In this document: in pieces, positions 28,406 through 32,000 of the stretch | Numbering within the stretch: position 1 is the stretch's first letter | How the letters are laid out: each line of letters opens with the position of its first letter | Source of the DNA: Candidatus Saccharimonadota bacterium | GTDB lineage: Bacteria > Bacteroidota > Bacteroidia > Flavobacteriales > Blattabacteriaceae | Length of the DNA stretch: 32,000 nucleotides | Reading direction: 5' to 3' | Assembly: GCF_014252415.1 (NCBI RefSeq) | Contig: NZ_CP059223.1 | Location: 510,001-542,000, forward strand | Position numbers and translations under genes: made by a program | Notes under the pieces: generated by a model | Told to the model about the DNA's origin: nothing | Databases searched by the model: none | What the model saw: the letters and a program-made list of their open reading frames with translations, nothing else

Positions 28406-31009
28406 TTATTTTTTATTTATAAAAACTATTCCCTTTTCTTTAAAAAAATCTATTAAAATATTATGATTATTTTTGATATTTCCTTTAAGAATTTCTTTAG
28501 AAAGATTATTTAATATTTCATGTTGAATGACTCTTTTTAAAGGTCTAGCTCCAAAATTAATATCATATCCTTTTTCTGATAAATATTCTATAGCATCATT
28601 TGTTGGTACTATACGAATATTTTTTTTTAATAATAATTTTTTTAACTTTATCATTTGTAATTTTACAATATCTTTAATTTCTTTTCTATTTAAAGGTTTA
28701 AATAAAATAATTTCATCAATACGATTGATAAATTCAGGTCTAACTAAGCTTTTTAATAAATCGATTAAATATTTTTTAGTATTTTCTATTCCATAAATAG
28801 ATATTGTGTTTTTATGTAAATTTTCATGAATTATATCAGCTCCTATATTAGAAGTCATAATAATAATAGTATTTGTAAAATTTACAGTTCTACCCTTATT
28901 ATCTGTTAATCTTCCATCATCTAAAACTTGTAAAAGAACATTGAAAATATCAGAATGTGCTTTTTCTATTTCATCTAATAAAATTACACTATAAGGTCTT
29001 CTTCTTATTGATTCTGTCAATTGTCCACTTTCATCGTATCCAATATATCCAGGAGGAGCACCTATTAATCTACTTATAGAATGACGTTCTTGATATTCAC
29101 TCATATCTATACGAATCATATTATTTTCATCATCAAATAAATATTCTGTTATAGCTTTAGCTAGTTCTGTTTTTCCTATTCCTGTCCCCCCCATAAATAA
29201 AAAAGATCCTATTGGTTTTTTTTCATCTTGCAATCCTGCTCTAGATCTTCTTATTGCATTAGATATAGATTGAATAGCATCATCTTGCCCAATAACTCTA
29301 TTATGTAATTTGTTTTCTAATAATAATAATTTTTCTTTTTCACTTTCAAGCATTTTTGTTACCGGAATTCCTGTCCATTTTGATATTACTTGAGCAATAT
29401 CTTCTTTAGTAACTTCTTCTTGTATCATTTTTTTTCCTTTATCCTCTTGTTTTTTTAATTCTTTTTCAAATAATTTAATTTTATTTTCTTCTTCTTTAAT
29501 TTTTCCATATCTTAATTCTGCTACTTTTCCATAGTCCCCCATTCTTTCGGCTTGTTCTGATTCAAATTTAAAATTTTCTATTCTATCTTTAGACTTCTGT
29601 ATACCTTCAACTAAATCTTTTTCACTTTGCCATTGAGATTGTAGTTCTATTTTTTTTTCATTTAATTTATATAATTCTTTTTTTAATGGAATTAATTCTT
29701 TTTCGTCTTTTTCTCTTTTTAATGCTTCTATTTGTATTTCCATTTGCATAATTTTTCTATATAAAACATCTAGTTCTTCTGGTTTAGAATTAATTTCCAT
29801 TCTTAATTTAGATGCAGCTTCATCAATAAGATCAATGGCCTTGTCTGGTAAAAATCTTTCATTAATATATCTTTTTGATAATTCTACAGCTGCTATAATT
29901 GATTCATCTTTAATCATTACTTTATGATGACTTTCATACTTTTCTTTTATTCCACGTAATATAGATATAGCATCAGTAGTTGTAGGTTCATTAACATATA
30001 CTTGTTGAAATCTTCTTTCCAATGCTTTATCTACCTTAAAATATTTTTGATACTCATTTAATGTAGTTGCACCTATAGACCTTAATTCTCCTTTTGCTAA
30101 TGCTGGTTTTAAAATATTAGCTGCATCCATTGCTCCATCTCCTCCACCTGTTCCAACTAAAGTATGAATTTCGTCAATAAATAATATTATTTCTCCGTTT
30201 GAAGAAACTACTTCTTTTATTACAGATTTTAACCTTTCTTCAAATTCTCCTTTATATTTAGCTCCAGCTATTAATAATGCCATATCTAATGAAAAAACTT
30301 TTTTATCCTTCAAATTATCTGGAATATCTCTACTGATAATCCTATGTGCTAATCCTTCAGCAATAGCTGTTTTTCCAACTCCAGGTTCTCCTATCAGTAA
30401 AGGATTATTTTTTGTTCTTCTAGATAAAATCTGTAATATTCTACGTATTTCCTCATCTCTTCCAATAACTGGATCTAATTTTCCCTTTAATGCTAAATCA
30501 TTTAAATTTTTTGCATATTTTTCCAATATATTATATGTTTTGTTATCATAAAATGAAGTTATATTTCCATTTTTCTTTCTAATATTGTCAATCACTACTT
30601 TAATACTTTTTTCTGTTACTCCTTGATCTTTAAATAATTGAGAACATTTATCATTAGTCATGAAAATCCCATATAAAAAATGCTCTGAAGATATAAATTG
30701 ATCTTTTAAATCATTAGCATAATTTTTGGCTATACTAATCATTTTAATTACTCCTTGACTTAAATGTTGATTAAAAATTTTACTAATTATTTTAGGATGA
30801 GAAGATATAATTTGATCCAATCCAATTAATATTGAATAAAAATCAATTTTTAATTTTTTAAAAATAAATGGAATTATATATTTTTCAATATTTATCATTG
30901 ATTTTAAAATATGTGAATTCTCAATAGATTGATGAGAATGATTTAATGCTATATTTTGTGCTTCTTGTATAATTTCTTTAGATTTTATTGTAAACTTATT
31001 GAAATTCAT
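28406..31009 (-). CDS. clpB: ATP-dependent disaggregase ClpB
   Basis: The 867-aa ORF has a Clp N-domain and NBD1 Walker A GEPGVGKT. A long coiled-coil middle domain follows (EELDVLYRKIMQMEIQIEALKRE...). NBD2 has Walker A GGTGIGKT and Walker B ILLDEIEKAH. Confidence 0.97.
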   Translation of the reverse strand: MNFNKFTIKSKEIIQEAQNIALNHSHQSIENSHILKSMINIEKYIIPFIFKKLKIDFYSILIGLDQIISSHPKIISKIFNQHLSQGVIKMISIAKNYANDLKDQFISSEHFLYGIFMTNDKCSQLFKDQGVTEKSIKVVIDNIRKKNGNITSFYDNKTYNILEKYAKNLNDLALKGKLDPVIGRDEEIRRILQILSRRTKNNPLLIGEPGVGKTAIAEGLAHRIISRDIPDNLKDKKVFSLDMALLIAGAKYKGEFEERLKSVIKEVVSSNGEIILFIDEIHTLVGTGGGDGAMDAANILKPALAKGELRSIGATTLNEYQKYFKVDKALERRFQQVYVNEPTTTDAISILRGIKEKYESHHKVMIKDESIIAAVELSKRYINERFLPDKAIDLIDEAASKLRMEINSKPEELDVLYRKIMQMEIQIEALKREKDEKELIPLKKELYKLNEKKIELQSQWQSEKDLVEGIQKSKDRIENFKFESEQAERMGDYGKVAELRYGKIKEEENKIKLFEKELKKQEDKGKKMIQEEVTKEDIAQVISKWTGIPVTKMLESEKEKLLLLENKLHNRVIGQDDAIQSISNAIRRSRAGLQDEKKPIGSFLFMGGTGIGKTELAKAITEYLFDDENNMIRIDMSEYQERHSISRLIGAPPGYIGYDESGQLTESIRRRPYSVILLDEIEKAHSDIFNVLLQVLDDGRLTDNKGRTVNFTNTIIIMTSNIGADIIHENLHKNTISIYGIENTKKYLIDLLKSLVRPEFINRIDEIILFKPLNRKEIKDIVKLQMIKLKKLLLKKNIRIVPTNDAIEYLSEKGYDINFGARPLKRVIQHEILNNLSKEILKGNIKNNHNILIDFFKEKGIVFINKK

Positions 31010-31103
31010 ATAAAAAATTTAATTCATTTTTTTAACGAATTATTAATATATAAATTTTTTATAGTTTTAAAAATTTATATTTAATTTAAATGATTATGTG
31101 ATT

Positions 31104-32000
31104 ATGATAAAAAAAGAAGAAATAAAATTTCTATCGGATAAAATTTATCAAATACAAAAAATGCTTAAGATCGATCATCTTAAAAAAGAATTAGATGAAA
31201 AACAAAAAAAAATATGTAACCCAAATTTTTGGAAAAAAAATAAAAAAAATTCGAAATATATATCTAAACAATTTAATAAAATTAAAATATGTATTGAAGA
31301 ATTTTCAAAAATTAAAGAAGCATTTGAAGAATTAAAAATAATATATTCTTTATCTACAGAAGAAAATTTATATGAAGAATACAAACATCAGTTAAATAAA
31401 ATTAATAAACTAATTTCATATGTAGAATTAAAAAATATATTTTCTGAAAGTGAAGATAATTTAAATGCAATATTACAAATTTCTGCTGGGGCAGGGGGTA
31501 CAGAAAGTTGTGATTGGACTTCTATGTTAACCAGAATGTATATGATGTGGGCAGAAAAAAATAATTTTTCAACAACAAAAATACATTACTTACCTGGATA
31601 TGTTACTGGAATAAAATCCATAACATTAGAAATAAATGGTAAATATGCTTTTGGATATTTGAAAGGTGAAAATGGAGTACATAGATTGGTAAGAATATCT
31701 CCATTCGATAGCAATTCAAAAAGACATACTTCGTTTTCCTCTGTTTATGTCTATCCTATGATAAATAATAAAATTAATATAGAAATAAATAACTCAGATA
31801 TTCAATGGGAAACTTTTCGATCTAGCGGAGCAGGAGGGCAAAACGTCAATAAAGTAGAAACTGGGGTTAGATTGCGTCATTTTCCTACGGGAATCATAAT
31901 AGAAAATACAGAATCTAGATCTCAAATACAAAATAGACAAAAAGCTTTACAACTTTTAAAGTCTAGATTATTTGAAATAGAAATAAAAAAAAACAATAAA
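31104..32000 (+). CDS. prfB: Peptide chain release factor 2, 5' 299 codons (the gene continues beyond the window). It is encoded in a single frame with no programmed +1 frameshift.
   Basis: Hand translation from ATG 31104 is uninterrupted to 32000. It contains ...[17 protein letters not shown]..., the RF2-specific SPF motif ([15 protein letters not shown]) and the GGQ motif ([19 protein letters not shown]). It is not in the ORF track, presumably because it lacks a stop within the window. Confidence 0.93.
   Translation, partial: MIKKEEIKFLSDKIYQIQKMLKIDHLKKELDEKQKKICNPNFWKKNKKNSKYISKQFNKIKICIEEFSKIKEAFEELKIIYSLSTEENLYEEYKHQLNKINKLISYVELKNIFSESEDNLNAILQISAGAGGTESCDWTSMLTRMYMMWAEKNNFSTTKIHYLPGYVTGIKSITLEINGKYAFGYLKGENGVHRLVRISPFDSNSKRHTSFSSVYVYPMINNKINIEINNSDIQWETFRSSGAGGQNVNKVETGVRLRHFPTGIIIENTESRSQIQNRQKALQLLKSRLFEIEIKKNNK

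Noticed and set aside
28527-28796. Plus-strand 89-aa ORF
   Set aside because: It is antisense shadow within clpB.
31175-31384. Minus-strand 69-aa ORF
   Set aside because: It lies antisense inside the prfB coding frame, which is unambiguous because of its SPF and GGQ motifs downstream.

Overview
This window is an extremely AT-rich, gene-dense stretch of a reduced bacterial chromosome. I did not compute base composition. By eye most of the sequence is A/T, with many A/T homopolymer runs. Gene content points to a Flavobacteriales-type insect endosymbiont, Blattabacterium- or Sulcia-like: a split atpD-atpC pair with a short epsilon subunit, a uppS-bamA cluster, a GldE-like CBS protein, a long PpiD, TAnnTTTG-type promoter boxes, and a leuA-leuC-leuD-leuB operon. 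That assignment is inference; a database search is needed to confirm it.

I can support 28 protein-coding genes and one tRNA-Phe(GAA). One of the genes, tatA, is absent from the ORF track, and prfB runs off the 3' end. The genes fall into these groups:
- Envelope and export: tatA, ppiD-like, a CNNM/GldE-like protein, an LptC-like lipoprotein, bamA, uppS.
- Cofactor and metabolism: nadK, a GHMP kinase, aroQ, ribF, acpP-fabF, atpDC, leuACDB.
- Information processing and quality control: an rluB-type synthase, rnc, tyrS, era, clpB, prfB.

I see no CRISPR array, transposase, integrase, phage gene, toxin-antitoxin pair or recognisable defence island. I cannot honestly name a novel 'system' here. 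The items most worth a second look are:
- a 665-bp gene-free gap between acpP and atpC that carries coding-strand-like C>G skew;
- an LptC-like lipoprotein whose signal peptide lies upstream of any canonical start codon;
- an orphan 879-aa AddB-like PD-(D/E)XK nuclease with no P-loop;
- a 518-aa uncharacterised helical protein retained next to the leu operon;
- a LeuA that lacks the C-terminal feedback domain;
- a prfB with no programmed frameshift.

All eight antisense ORFs in the track look like shadows of real genes.
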